A stretch of 28,794 nt of DNA from a virus (IMGVR_UViG_3300020431_000370:1-28794); one strand, 5' to 3'. Counted from the stretch's first letter, positions 8,784 to 16,959 are shown. A program made the numbers and translations. The notes: generated from the letters alone by a model not told the origin.

Positions 8784-9547
8784 TTCTTGTTAACCAAATT
8801 AAATGTAGGGATGGGAAGCATTTTATGCTTATTTTTGCAGTTGAAGTCATGAAGAATACGAACTGCTGGACCATTGCCATATTCCATAGCATATTCTAAA
8901 TCTTCGTAAGATGCACCAATCTGGTCCTCATCAGTGCGTCCATCGTCCCATAAACCATCAGTAGGTTTTGCGTTGACAATCTCAGGAATTACTCCCATGA
9001 ACTGTCCAAGTTCTCTTACTTCTGTTTTATAAAGATCAGCAATCGGAGCAATATCAACGCCACCGTCACCATACTTAGTATAAAAACCAACTCCATAGTC
9101 TTCTACTTTGTTACCAGTACCAACAACGATACCATCTACAGATGCAGCAACCTGGTATAGAGTAACCATGCGAAGTCGTGATCGACTGTTAGCACCTGCC
9201 ATTTTATTAACAGAGTACTCCATACCAAGTTCATTACCAATAGTCTCAATAAACTTCCCAAACACTTCTGAAAGATCGGCTTTCAAAACTGTTACATTAG
9301 GATAGGTATTCTTCAACCAGAAAAGATGAGCGTCAGATAACTTTTCCTGTTCACTGTTTTGGTTGATTGGCATACCAACTGCATAGACTGGCATACCAGT
9401 CTTTGCGGCAAGGGTAGAGGAGACTGCGGAATCAATTCCACCAGATACTCCGACTACCAAAGATTTGATTTTGTTTGAACTACAATAATCACACATCCAT
9501 GCGACAACATCGCATGTAAGTTTCATATAATCAGGGATTCGATTCAT
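8780..9547 (-). CDS. nadE: NH3-dependent NAD+ synthetase
   Basis: SGGIDS PP-loop, RLRM, GTGNKVE, GFYTKYGDGGVDIAPIADLYKTEV, PTDGLW, TDEDQIG, HK; no glutaminase domain. Confidence 0.95.
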   Translation of the reverse strand: MNRIPDYMKLTCDVVAWMCDYCSSNKIKSLVVGVSGGIDSAVSSTLAAKTGMPVYAVGMPINQNSEQEKLSDAHLFWLKNTYPNVTVLKADLSEVFGKFIETIGNELGMEYSVNKMAGANSRSRLRMVTLYQVAASVDGIVVGTGNKVEDYGVGFYTKYGDGGVDIAPIADLYKTEVRELGQFMGVIPEIVNAKPTDGLWDDGRTDEDQIGASYEDLEYAMEYGNGPAVRILHDFNCKNKHKMLPIPTFNLVNKK

Positions 9548-10331
9548 CTTTTTGTGTAGCTAGAATAACAGTGTTTTCATAGTCTCTACCAACGTCGAAG
9601 GTAAAAGTTTCCTTCATCTTGTCGATGAAGTCATTATAGTGGAAATCGTTAAAGTTGACAAGATTGTAGATAAGATAAGCAAACTTAGTATTGGTAACCA
9701 ATTTGTCATAGTATTCCATTTGGACTTCAAGACTGCACTCAGACAAAGCATAATTGCTGATGAAGAGATCAATGTCCGTAATCTCTTCATACTCAGTACA
9801 TGGAATGCATTTTACTTTGTCTTTGATATCAGGAAACTGATCGATGTACTTTCTTTGCAGAGCACTAACCTCTGGAAGGTCAATCAGAATGTACTCATCG
9901 AACTCACAAACAGTGCTGAGAACTTTACATAGTCCACCATACCCTCCACCAACTTCAACAATACGACTGATAGGAGAATCATTGATCATGAAAGCCATCT
10001 CAAACGTATTCTTGATGTACCTCAGAGTAGTAGGAGAAATCTGACCATCAATGCCAGGATAAACATGTTTGTTCGGGGAACCATACTTATCATTTTCTTT
10101 GAATCCCTCAAGGTTTTCCTCAAGAGCTTCCTCATTCATTTCACGAGCTATATTTAAATATGACTGACCCTGTTCCTTAAGAACATGTTCCAGAATAGTT
10201 GTATATTCAGGGTTAGATTTAAATACTTCAAAGGAAGAATCATCTTCTACTGCTTCAACGCAAGCACGTAAGTACTCGTCTGCAATTTTATCTTCGGCTT
10301 CCCAACCGTTTCTATCTACTGTGGTTGTCAT
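9531..10331 (-). CDS. putative sugar O-methyltransferase (SAM-dependent)
   Basis: IVEVGGGYGG motif I, IDLPE, ISNYALSE, SPTTLRY. Confidence 0.8.
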   Translation of the reverse strand: MTTTVDRNGWEAEDKIADEYLRACVEAVEDDSSFEVFKSNPEYTTILEHVLKEQGQSYLNIAREMNEEALEENLEGFKENDKYGSPNKHVYPGIDGQISPTTLRYIKNTFEMAFMINDSPISRIVEVGGGYGGLCKVLSTVCEFDEYILIDLPEVSALQRKYIDQFPDIKDKVKCIPCTEYEEITDIDLFISNYALSECSLEVQMEYYDKLVTNTKFAYLIYNLVNFNDFHYNDFIDKMKETFTFDVGRDYENTVILATQKDESNP

Positions 10332-11284
10332 ACTGTTACAGCTCTTTGGTTTCTAAGGGGATCTAATTGGTTTAAGTAGTTCGCATACATATAGTCTTCC
10401 GCAACTCTCATCTCTTTAGCGATATTAAAGTTCTCTTTAATAGCGTCATTCTTCGACAAGTAATATTCTTGAGTCAACTTATCCCAAGGAATATTTTCCC
10501 AAGGATTTTCCTGATCGAGAAAGATTATTCCCTCATGATTAAAATATTGTGCAACTCCTGGTGTACCATAGTACACGGGAATAGTTCCACAAGCAAAGCA
10601 ATCAGTCAGTTTCTCAGTAAAATATGTTGGGTAGTTTGCATTCTCTACAGCAAAGGAAAACAAGTAGTCTGCAAGTGCTCTAGATTTTTCTTTAAGTGGA
10701 AGTTCCTGAGGAAGTCCCCAACCAAAAAGATCATCTCCTCCAAACTTATTAAAGTATTCCTGAACTACTTTGAGACGACGTTGGTGTCCAAGAGTATATC
10801 CTTTGTTGGATGCTACCATCGAAACTAGTTTACACTTGTCATAGATATTTCTATCCATAACCCAAGGAGCAGCATTAGAAAGACAATAGAGGAACTTACC
10901 TTCAGGACCAGACTCTTCAGTGAGTCTTTGATCACAAGTAAAAATACCGTCTACTCTACTAGCAACAAAGTCATAGTTTTCTTCAATGAATTTATACTGA
11001 TCTGGAATGATTTCTCTAGATTCAAGCAACCAAATAAACTTTGGTAGATCACTAGTATCTTCTAGGACTTCCAAAGCTCTTGTATTTACATACAAATTAC
11101 AAAGTCCAGATCCATCGCGTACCCAGCGAGTATAAACAGATCTATTGTTTGCAGATGTGGAAGGTTCCAAATCATCATTACAAATTAAGTTGATTGGAAA
11201 CTTTTGGTCTGGAGATAGGACTCTAGTATCAGTGTTATCTAGTCCTATATTTCTCGTTAGAGATTTTTTAAATCCTTTACTCAT
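10328..11284 (-). CDS. glycosyltransferase family 10-like (alpha-1,3-fucosyltransferase-like)
   Basis: YLFSFAVENA...YFTEKLTDCFACGTIPVYYG is the GT10 C-terminal signature. Confidence 0.88.
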   Translation of the reverse strand: MSKGFKKSLTRNIGLDNTDTRVLSPDQKFPINLICNDDLEPSTSANNRSVYTRWVRDGSGLCNLYVNTRALEVLEDTSDLPKFIWLLESREIIPDQYKFIEENYDFVASRVDGIFTCDQRLTEESGPEGKFLYCLSNAAPWVMDRNIYDKCKLVSMVASNKGYTLGHQRRLKVVQEYFNKFGGDDLFGWGLPQELPLKEKSRALADYLFSFAVENANYPTYFTEKLTDCFACGTIPVYYGTPGVAQYFNHEGIIFLDQENPWENIPWDKLTQEYYLSKNDAIKENFNIAKEMRVAEDYMYANYLNQLDPLRNQRAVTV

Positions 11285-12125
11285 GGCAATGCTTCATTTC
11301 TCTATAGACTTTTTCAATACCTTCTTTGATACTAGTTTTTGGTTTCCACCACTTAGTAATAAAGGTATCTGCCTGGTTGCGAGCATCTTTCTGAACAGTG
11401 TCCTTCGACTCTGCAGGAATGACTTGTACTTCTCGACCATCAGCACCAAATAGATCTTGAATAATCTTTCCGATTTCCAAAATACTTGTACTAATAAAAG
11501 AAGTAATATGAAGAGGGTCAGTAGAGGTGAAGTCATCGTAATTTTCCATGACTGCCTCAAGAGCTTCACAGCAATCTTCTGCGTAGAGAAACTCTCGTTG
11601 TTCTGTACCATCTGTCATCATATCAATGACACCATTCCTAAATCCCTTATCGATAAAGTCTGTAATGACATGAGCTTTTTCCATGTCATTTTCAATACCA
11701 TATACGTTCCAGAATTTAACAATCTTGCCACCCAGGGACTCAGTATATAGTTCACCAACTCTCTTCATAACTCCGTAAGGAGAGTAACTCATACTGCTCA
11801 TCTGAGATGAAGCAAATACGAGAGGAACCTTATACTTCTCAATATATTGGAAAGCATTACACATCATCCTTGAATTGTTATCAAGGAACTTAAATGTATG
11901 TTGATACTTTTTCAGATAGTGAGATCCACCAACATCGAATGCAAGAAAGAAACAAAAATCTGTATCTTTCAATACATCCTGCAAGCAGACATTAGGAATA
12001 CGAGTCATATCCTGATAGTCTGCATTGACTTTATCAAACTCAATTACATCATGTCCTTTGACCTTCAAATACTGAGTCAAATATGCACCAATCTGACCCG
12101 AAGATCCCAAAATAGTAATTTTCAT
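11277..12125 (-). CDS. NAD-dependent epimerase/dehydratase (extended SDR)
   Basis: GSSGQIG, ASS, YGVMK (YxxxK), NVYG, REFLYAED; ATG at 12125 in an ATGA overlap. Confidence 0.88.
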   Translation of the reverse strand: MKITILGSSGQIGAYLTQYLKVKGHDVIEFDKVNADYQDMTRIPNVCLQDVLKDTDFCFFLAFDVGGSHYLKKYQHTFKFLDNNSRMMCNAFQYIEKYKVPLVFASSQMSSMSYSPYGVMKRVGELYTESLGGKIVKFWNVYGIENDMEKAHVITDFIDKGFRNGVIDMMTDGTEQREFLYAEDCCEALEAVMENYDDFTSTDPLHITSFISTSILEIGKIIQDLFGADGREVQVIPAESKDTVQKDARNQADTFITKWWKPKTSIKEGIEKVYREMKHCHE

Positions 12126-12721
12126 TCCCAACCAACAGTATGCTTAGATCCAAAGTTTACTAGTCCAGTTCCACTCATATGTCCAACTTCAGTTACATCA
12201 ATCGTAGGATCTTCAATTGCATCCCACATATCCTGAACTTCAGGCCAAGCAGGACCAATATCATCTAGAAGAATGATACCTTTCCATCCTTTGTCGTTCA
12301 GAAACTCCATCATCTCAACTTCTTGAACACCATCATGTGGATCAACATCAATCATAATGATGGAGATCTCATCATAGTTTAGAGTTTCATCTTCACGGAA
12401 ATCTTGAATCTTAAATTCAATGTTATCCTTCACGATTTTAGATGCACCTTGCTCAACCAAATCATAACTAATGACACGGTTGTTTTCGTTATAGGAAAGT
12501 GCAAGAGCAGATCCACCGACGCGAGTACCTACATCAAGGATAACAGAATCATTAAAGCAGGTAGAGAGATATGCATAGAGACGATATTCAGACTGACCAG
12601 CAGAGAGCCAGTCATTAGCATTTAGAGATACACTTTCAAGTTCAAAGACATCTAGGTTTCTGATCTCAGATTTCTTGAGAACAATTGTAGTGTCAGGTAC
12701 TTTAGTAATAGTTTCAGACAT
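12122..12721 (-). CDS. class I SAM-dependent methyltransferase
   Basis: LDVGTRVGGSA, SYD, IMIDVDPH, GIILLDD (Methyltransf_24-like layout). Confidence 0.82.
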   Translation of the reverse strand: MSETITKVPDTTIVLKKSEIRNLDVFELESVSLNANDWLSAGQSEYRLYAYLSTCFNDSVILDVGTRVGGSALALSYNENNRVISYDLVEQGASKIVKDNIEFKIQDFREDETLNYDEISIIMIDVDPHDGVQEVEMMEFLNDKGWKGIILLDDIGPAWPEVQDMWDAIEDPTIDVTEVGHMSGTGLVNFGSKHTVGWE

Positions 12722-13748
12722 TGGTCAGTTCACGTTCAGCTAGTTTACGGGTTGTAATTTGAGTAGAGATCCACTCATAAGTTTTGCGGATTCCTTCCTC
12801 AAGAGTTTGAGAATAATCCCATCCTAGTTTCTCACGAACTAGGTCATTATTAGAGTTACGTCCACGCACTCCTAAAGGTGCGTCGAGTTTGTGCAACTTT
12901 GTCACTACTTTACCAGAAACACTGGCAGCAGTCTTCACCAGTTCATTAATAGTAACCATCTCTTCAGAACCAATATTAACTGGTCCCATAAAGTCACTAT
13001 CCATCAGTCGTCTAGTCGCTTCAATGCATTCATCAATGAACAGGAAGGAACGAGTTTGTAAGCCATCTCCCCACACCTCGATGCCTCCACCGACCTCTGG
13101 GAGGAGAGCGACTTTACGGCAGATTGCAGCTGGTGCCTTCTCCTTTCCACCATCCCAAGTTCCTTCGGGACCAAAGATGTTGTGATACCTTGCAACACAA
13201 ATAGGAATGCCATAGTTCCTATTGTAAGCAAAATATACTCTCTCCGAGAAGAGTTTCTCCCATCCATATTCAGAGTCTGGTGCTGCGGGGTATGCAGATT
13301 CTTCACGGCAGTCAGGGTTATTGGGGTCTAATTGATTGCGCTCTGGGTACATACATGCAGAAGAGCTATAGAAAATCTTGGTCTTATTTACTCCAAGAGA
13401 ATCATTGAGTTTCTTCTGTCGATCCAGTACATTTAGATTTATACTAGCAGAATTATGCATAATGTCTGCAGAGTGTTCATCGGTAAAGATATATCCTGCA
13501 CCGCCCATGTCTGCAGCGAATTGGTAAATCTGATCAAAGGAGGTATTATTAACTGTAAGAATACTTTCTACAAGGGTTTGATCACGAAGGTCTCCAGCAA
13601 CGAATTCATGTGCCATCGTTTCAGAAAACTCAGGATATTTTAAATCAACACCTCGAACCCAATAACCTTCTTGGATCAGACGTTTCACCATATGACTTCC
13701 AATGAAACCACCAGCACCGAGAACCAATGCTGTTTTTTGTTGCGTCAT
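12714..13748 (-). CDS. GDP-mannose 3,5-epimerase-like SDR (WcaG superfamily)
   Basis: GAGGFIG, AADMGG, SSACMYP, YGWEK, EKAPAA, WGDGLQTRSF and GVRGRNS match plant GME motifs. Confidence 0.9.
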   Translation of the reverse strand: MTQQKTALVLGAGGFIGSHMVKRLIQEGYWVRGVDLKYPEFSETMAHEFVAGDLRDQTLVESILTVNNTSFDQIYQFAADMGGAGYIFTDEHSADIMHNSASINLNVLDRQKKLNDSLGVNKTKIFYSSSACMYPERNQLDPNNPDCREESAYPAAPDSEYGWEKLFSERVYFAYNRNYGIPICVARYHNIFGPEGTWDGGKEKAPAAICRKVALLPEVGGGIEVWGDGLQTRSFLFIDECIEATRRLMDSDFMGPVNIGSEEMVTINELVKTAASVSGKVVTKLHKLDAPLGVRGRNSNNDLVREKLGWDYSQTLEEGIRKTYEWISTQITTRKLAERELTNV

Positions 13749-13770
13749 GTTTTAATAACGTACTGCGTTG

Positions 13771-13804
13771 TATTTATTATATTATGTCGATCGGTTTTCC
13801 GCAA
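13771..13804 (-). promoter_or_regulatory. promoter of the glycan cluster (sigma70-like plus late-type box)
   Basis: TTGCGG-17 nt-TATAAT overlapping AATAAATA (13771-13778). Confidence 0.6.
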
Positions 13805-13815
13805 CCCCTCTATAC

Positions 13816-13845
13816 AAAAATTGGGTCTCCTAGGAAAGGAAACCC
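13816..13845 (-). terminator. probable rho-independent terminator
   Basis: GGGTTTCCT-ttcct-AGGAGACCC followed by AATTTTT. Confidence 0.6.
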
Positions 13846-13853
13846 TCAAATAA

Positions 13854-14447
13854 TTAACCTTCTTTGTCTTTCCTATCGTTAAGACCAGCGGTATATACTT
13901 CACGTAAACCAATTGATCCTTGATACCAACCAGTAGCAATATATTTGTCACCACTCAGTGGAGGATTGCCTCTATGGAGATGAGTAAAACCCCCTGGCCA
14001 AATTAGGACAGTTCCTCTCTTTGGTTTAACTCGTAGTTTCTGATATTGAAACTCGGTCTCACCACCCTCTTTAACATCATTTAAATAAACCATCCAAGCA
14101 ATGGTTCTATGTTGAACGTCCCAGTTTAGATTCTCACCATGAAAAAGATGATAACCTTGTGTTGGTTCTGTTTTTTGCACTAGCGTTAATGCACTCACAT
14201 AATTAAAGTTAGTAAGATATGGATATTCTCCGACATAATCAAAGAGACATTGGTCAACAGATTGCATTAGTTCTTTATTCTCTTTCGGAGAAAATGCACT
14301 AAAACAAACTTGTTGATCCTTCACTTGCATGAAGTTTCTCGGGGCAACATGGCTAGAGTTATCCACGTAACGACAGATCCAATTGCAAAAATCTGGGTCT
14401 ATCGCTCCTTCATAGAGACCAATAAAATCTTCGTACTTAGGTTTCAT
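13854..14447 (-). CDS. 2OG-Fe(II) oxygenase
   Basis: FHGE, WMVYLND...GGETEF, THLHRG, KYIATGW. Confidence 0.9.
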   Translation of the reverse strand: MKPKYEDFIGLYEGAIDPDFCNWICRYVDNSSHVAPRNFMQVKDQQVCFSAFSPKENKELMQSVDQCLFDYVGEYPYLTNFNYVSALTLVQKTEPTQGYHLFHGENLNWDVQHRTIAWMVYLNDVKEGGETEFQYQKLRVKPKRGTVLIWPGGFTHLHRGNPPLSGDKYIATGWYQGSIGLREVYTAGLNDRKDKEG

Positions 14448-14457
14448 TTTCGGGGGG

Positions 14458-14532
14458 TTGCAGGCTCGCCACCAATTCTTTTACTGGAAATTGGAAACCA
14501 GGCGGGATCAATCCCATCCGCACCAGCAGGCT
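14458..14532 (-). ncRNA. wcaG-like cis-regulatory RNA motif
   Basis: CTGGTGCGGATGGGATTGATCCCGCCTGGTTTCCAATTTCCAGTAAAAGAATTGGTGGCGAGCCTGC: UGGYG boxes at both ends, a hairpin and pseudoknot pairings; one gene upstream of a WcaG-family epimerase. Family assignment is from recall. Confidence 0.75.
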
Positions 14533-14543
14533 TAACCCTTATC

Positions 14544-15011
14544 CTACGGGGATCTAATTTCACAATCCCAAGGGTTTATGATAATAGACTGTCGTTGTCC
14601 ATCAATTGTAAACATTTCATCGACAGCATGTTTGATGCCAGGACCAAAGATAACTAATCGATTTTGCAATGGTTTGATTGACTTTCGGTCTTCAAAAAGA
14701 AGTTTACCACCAAGAATATTTTCTATTCTCAAGTAATAAACTAAAGTGCATATTGGAAAAGAATTGACACCTTCTTGTCTGAAAAGAATCTCATCTTTAT
14801 CCATATGCCAACCAAGTTCGGGGTTATTTTGACTCCAAACTTCATAACCAATACATTCTGATAAATCAAAATGTTTTTTTGCTTCATCCAATAATGGATT
14901 TAGGCATTCAATATTCTCCTTCGGTTGGAGATAGTAGTTATGGTAATTAATATTAGCATCAAGAATTTTTTTTACCTGAAGATCAGTTAAAACATCATCT
15001 AGAATAAACAT
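14544..15011 (-). CDS. 2OG-Fe(II) oxygenase-like protein
   Basis: WHMDKDE, TLVYY, GGKL, NRLVIF, KHAV, RQSIIINPW. ATG at 15011 preferred to 15044. Confidence 0.85.
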   Translation of the reverse strand: MFILDDVLTDLQVKKILDANINYHNYYLQPKENIECLNPLLDEAKKHFDLSECIGYEVWSQNNPELGWHMDKDEILFRQEGVNSFPICTLVYYLRIENILGGKLLFEDRKSIKPLQNRLVIFGPGIKHAVDEMFTIDGQRQSIIINPWDCEIRSP

Positions 15012-15012
15012 A

Positions 15013-15261
15013 TTACCAATGATTAAGAGGGCATGTAGCCCCATTAAAACGAACTTTATTTACCATGAAGCAACCACATTCCTTGCACCTAGAACTTTCA
15101 AATTCATAACGATCACAAGATTCACAAATAGAATTACGTAGATCAATCAAATCATCAGATACAAGAAGTCGCCTAGTCTTTGCGAAGGACTTGGCAATAT
15201 CTAAGGCAGTCTTAGATAAATTTCTTGCTTGTTCAGGGATACTGGGGAAGTCGTTACTCAT
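15013..15261 (-). CDS. small Cys-rich (probable Zn-binding) protein
   Basis: R..ICESC...CKECGCF...K......CP..W pattern. Confidence 0.8.
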   Translation of the reverse strand: MSNDFPSIPEQARNLSKTALDIAKSFAKTRRLLVSDDLIDLRNSICESCDRYEFESSRCKECGCFMVNKVRFNGATCPLNHW

Positions 15262-15355
15262 TAAACAAAGGGGTCATTGATCCCGACCAGGGTGATTTTA
15301 TAGTCGTCCCAGGACTAGCTCCACCAGTGCTGTTATAGTCCATCCGTGACTTTAA
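15262..15355 (-). ncRNA. structured intergenic RNA, manA-motif-like 5' segment
   Basis: Tandem unit AGTC-N7-GACTATAA-N5/6-CTGGT(C)GG; three GTC/GAC hairpins with GGA-containing loops. Confidence 0.55.
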
Positions 15356-15357
15356 GA

Positions 15358-15633
15358 TCATGAGGATACAGTGTCTTTTACATAACAAGGTACACCATCT
15401 GGATCTAACCATTTAGGGTACTCATGGTCTTCAATAGCGAGGAGCATCTGATCTCCATTATCAAACAAGTAAATGTCAGAATACTTTTTAGTATATTCAT
15501 TCGCTTTCTGCAACCGAAAATCTGGTTTACCATTCAGTTGAATGTAGCCTCTCTGCACAAAACGATAAGGAAATCGTTCGTGAATAACAATGGTTTTTGT
15601 TGAAGCAACAGACTTAGGATCTAGATCGTTCAT
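15358..15633 (-). CDS. conserved cyanophage hypothetical protein, 91 aa
   Basis: ATGA overlap with the upstream gene; ERFPYRFVQ...WLDPDGVPCY. Confidence 0.8.
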   Translation of the reverse strand: MNDLDPKSVASTKTIVIHERFPYRFVQRGYIQLNGKPDFRLQKANEYTKKYSDIYLFDNGDQMLLAIEDHEYPKWLDPDGVPCYVKDTVSS

Positions 15634-15842
15634 GAAACAGCACAGTTAAGGTCATTAAAAAGACATTCGACTAGAGTTTGATAGTCGTCTTCAAGATCTC
15701 CAGAGAAATCTACACCTTCCTTTTCGTAAAATCTACGAACTTTCTTATAGAGTTTTGGATTTTTAACATCTAGATAACAATCGCCATTTGCAGCTGCGGT
15801 GAGCATACTAATGTCTTTTTTGAACTTAGCTAGAACAGACAT
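15630..15842 (-). CDS. conserved cyanophage hypothetical protein, 70 aa
   Basis: Directly downstream of a sigma70 promoter; LDVKNPKLYKKVRRFYE. Confidence 0.8.
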   Translation of the reverse strand: MSVLAKFKKDISMLTAAANGDCYLDVKNPKLYKKVRRFYEKEGVDFSGDLEDDYQTLVECLFNDLNCAVS

Positions 15843-15865
15843 GAGTCGGTTAAGTGTACGAGTTA

Positions 15866-15894
15866 ATTTTATCGTATTGGACTGAGGTTGTCAA
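15866..15894 (-). promoter_or_regulatory. sigma70-type promoter
   Basis: TTGACA-17 nt-TAAAAT. Confidence 0.8.
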
Positions 15895-16109
15895 GAAGCT
15901 TCTGCCGTTTCTTGGTATAGTTTGAAGTAGTCATCATCCATAGGAGATGCAATCCCTGCTTCGATAGAAGCTTTAATTACCTCTTCAGAAGGCACCATCA
16001 TAACATCTTTTCCGTCTGGTGTGAGAATATGAAATGATTCTCCTTTCTCAACTCTATCAAAGATAGAATCAAAATCAGACTCTAATTGTTCCAATGTAAT
16101 TTTTTCCAT
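15891..16109 (-). CDS. Phd/YefM antitoxin-like protein
   Basis: IT..QL...F..IFDRV.KGE...I...GK...MVP matches the Phd N-terminal fold pattern; acidic C-terminus. Confidence 0.65.
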   Translation of the reverse strand: MEKITLEQLESDFDSIFDRVEKGESFHILTPDGKDVMMVPSEEVIKASIEAGIASPMDDDYFKLYQETAEAS

Positions 16110-16123
16110 CGAAGGGTATAAAA

Positions 16124-16726
16124 TTAAATGTTTACGTCTGTGGGGTCGGAAAGAGAATCTGATTTTTTATTAAATTCATCTAGTCTGGCTCTCGTAGTTT
16201 CCCTCTTCCTCAGATACTCAAGAATTGATGCAGCAGAAGTAAATTCATATGGATCATCTGCAGAGTTATTCTTTTCTCCAGATTCTGGACCTTCCATAAC
16301 TTCGTGAATAACCATATTATCATGGATAACCAAAGCATGTCTCCATGCACGTCTACCCATACCAGTATTGAAGAACTGTACTACTTTTTGTCCTTGAGAA
16401 GCGAATTGTTCAAATCGCAATAACCATGCTCCATTACCATCACACAAGTATTGTTGTTTCTTGATGCCCATAGACTTCCACCAGGATTTCATCACCCATG
16501 GATCGTTCATAGAACAACAATAAACTTCGTCAATTCCATGAGATTTGATTTCATCATAGGCTTCCTCAAACTCTGGTACATGTTTGGTACTACATGTAGG
16601 AGTATATGCTCCACAAACAAAGTATACTACTACTTTTTTGCCCTTCAATTCATCGTGTACTGTTTTTTTCTTTAACGTATTTTTTTGCGTTAAGTAAAAC
16701 AATTCAGCATTTGGGACTTGAAACAT
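16124..16726 (-). CDS. peroxiredoxin (Prx5-like redoxin)
   Basis: KKVV, GAYTPTCS..H.P, SMNDPWVM..W, DGNG, GMG.RAWR. Confidence 0.9.
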   Translation of the reverse strand: MFQVPNAELFYLTQKNTLKKKTVHDELKGKKVVVYFVCGAYTPTCSTKHVPEFEEAYDEIKSHGIDEVYCCSMNDPWVMKSWWKSMGIKKQQYLCDGNGAWLLRFEQFASQGQKVVQFFNTGMGRRAWRHALVIHDNMVIHEVMEGPESGEKNNSADDPYEFTSAASILEYLRKRETTRARLDEFNKKSDSLSDPTDVNI

Positions 16727-16758
16727 GATTTTAAATTCTTTAGACGTAAGTTATATAT

Positions 16759-16959
16759 TCAACCAAGTGGTTCCATAAATTGGAACTGCTCTTTCAAATT
16801 ATACGATAGTTTATAGTTTTCCGTCAACACATAATATCCAATAATTGATGATCCGTCACACTCAAATCCATATCCTTTCACACACTCCTCAGCATCATCA
16901 ATACGGAATTTTTTATCACCAGAAAGGTATGAGTGATATCGTTCGTCAAGATTAATCAT
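16759..16959 (-). CDS. hypothetical protein, 66 aa
   Basis: TAATG overlap with the upstream ORF. Confidence 0.75.
   Translation of the reverse strand: MINLDERYHSYLSGDKKFRIDDAEECVKGYGFECDGSSIIGYYVLTENYKLSYNLKEQFQFMEPLG

Noticed and set aside
1498-13853. Many plus-strand and alternate-frame ORFs (e.g. 3192..3680, 8127..8474, 10469..10828, 11294..11611)
   Set aside because: Shadows of well-supported minus-strand genes; no recognisable motifs.
13745-13954. 69-aa minus-strand ORF
   Set aside because: Overlaps the oxygenase 3' end, a terminator and a promoter.
2907-14447. Glycan cluster as a DNA hypermodification system
   Set aside because: No TET/JBP, DNA methyltransferase, dCMP hydroxymethylase or nucleotide kinase recognised; the GT families present are surface-glycan types. 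Not fully excluded without nucleoside analysis.
14310-14657. 115-aa plus-strand ORF
   Set aside because: Antisense across two oxygenases and the wcaG-like RNA.
15262-15355. Mini-CRISPR array or integron attC sites
   Set aside because: Only two degenerate units, no spacer periodicity, and no cas or integrase gene in the window.
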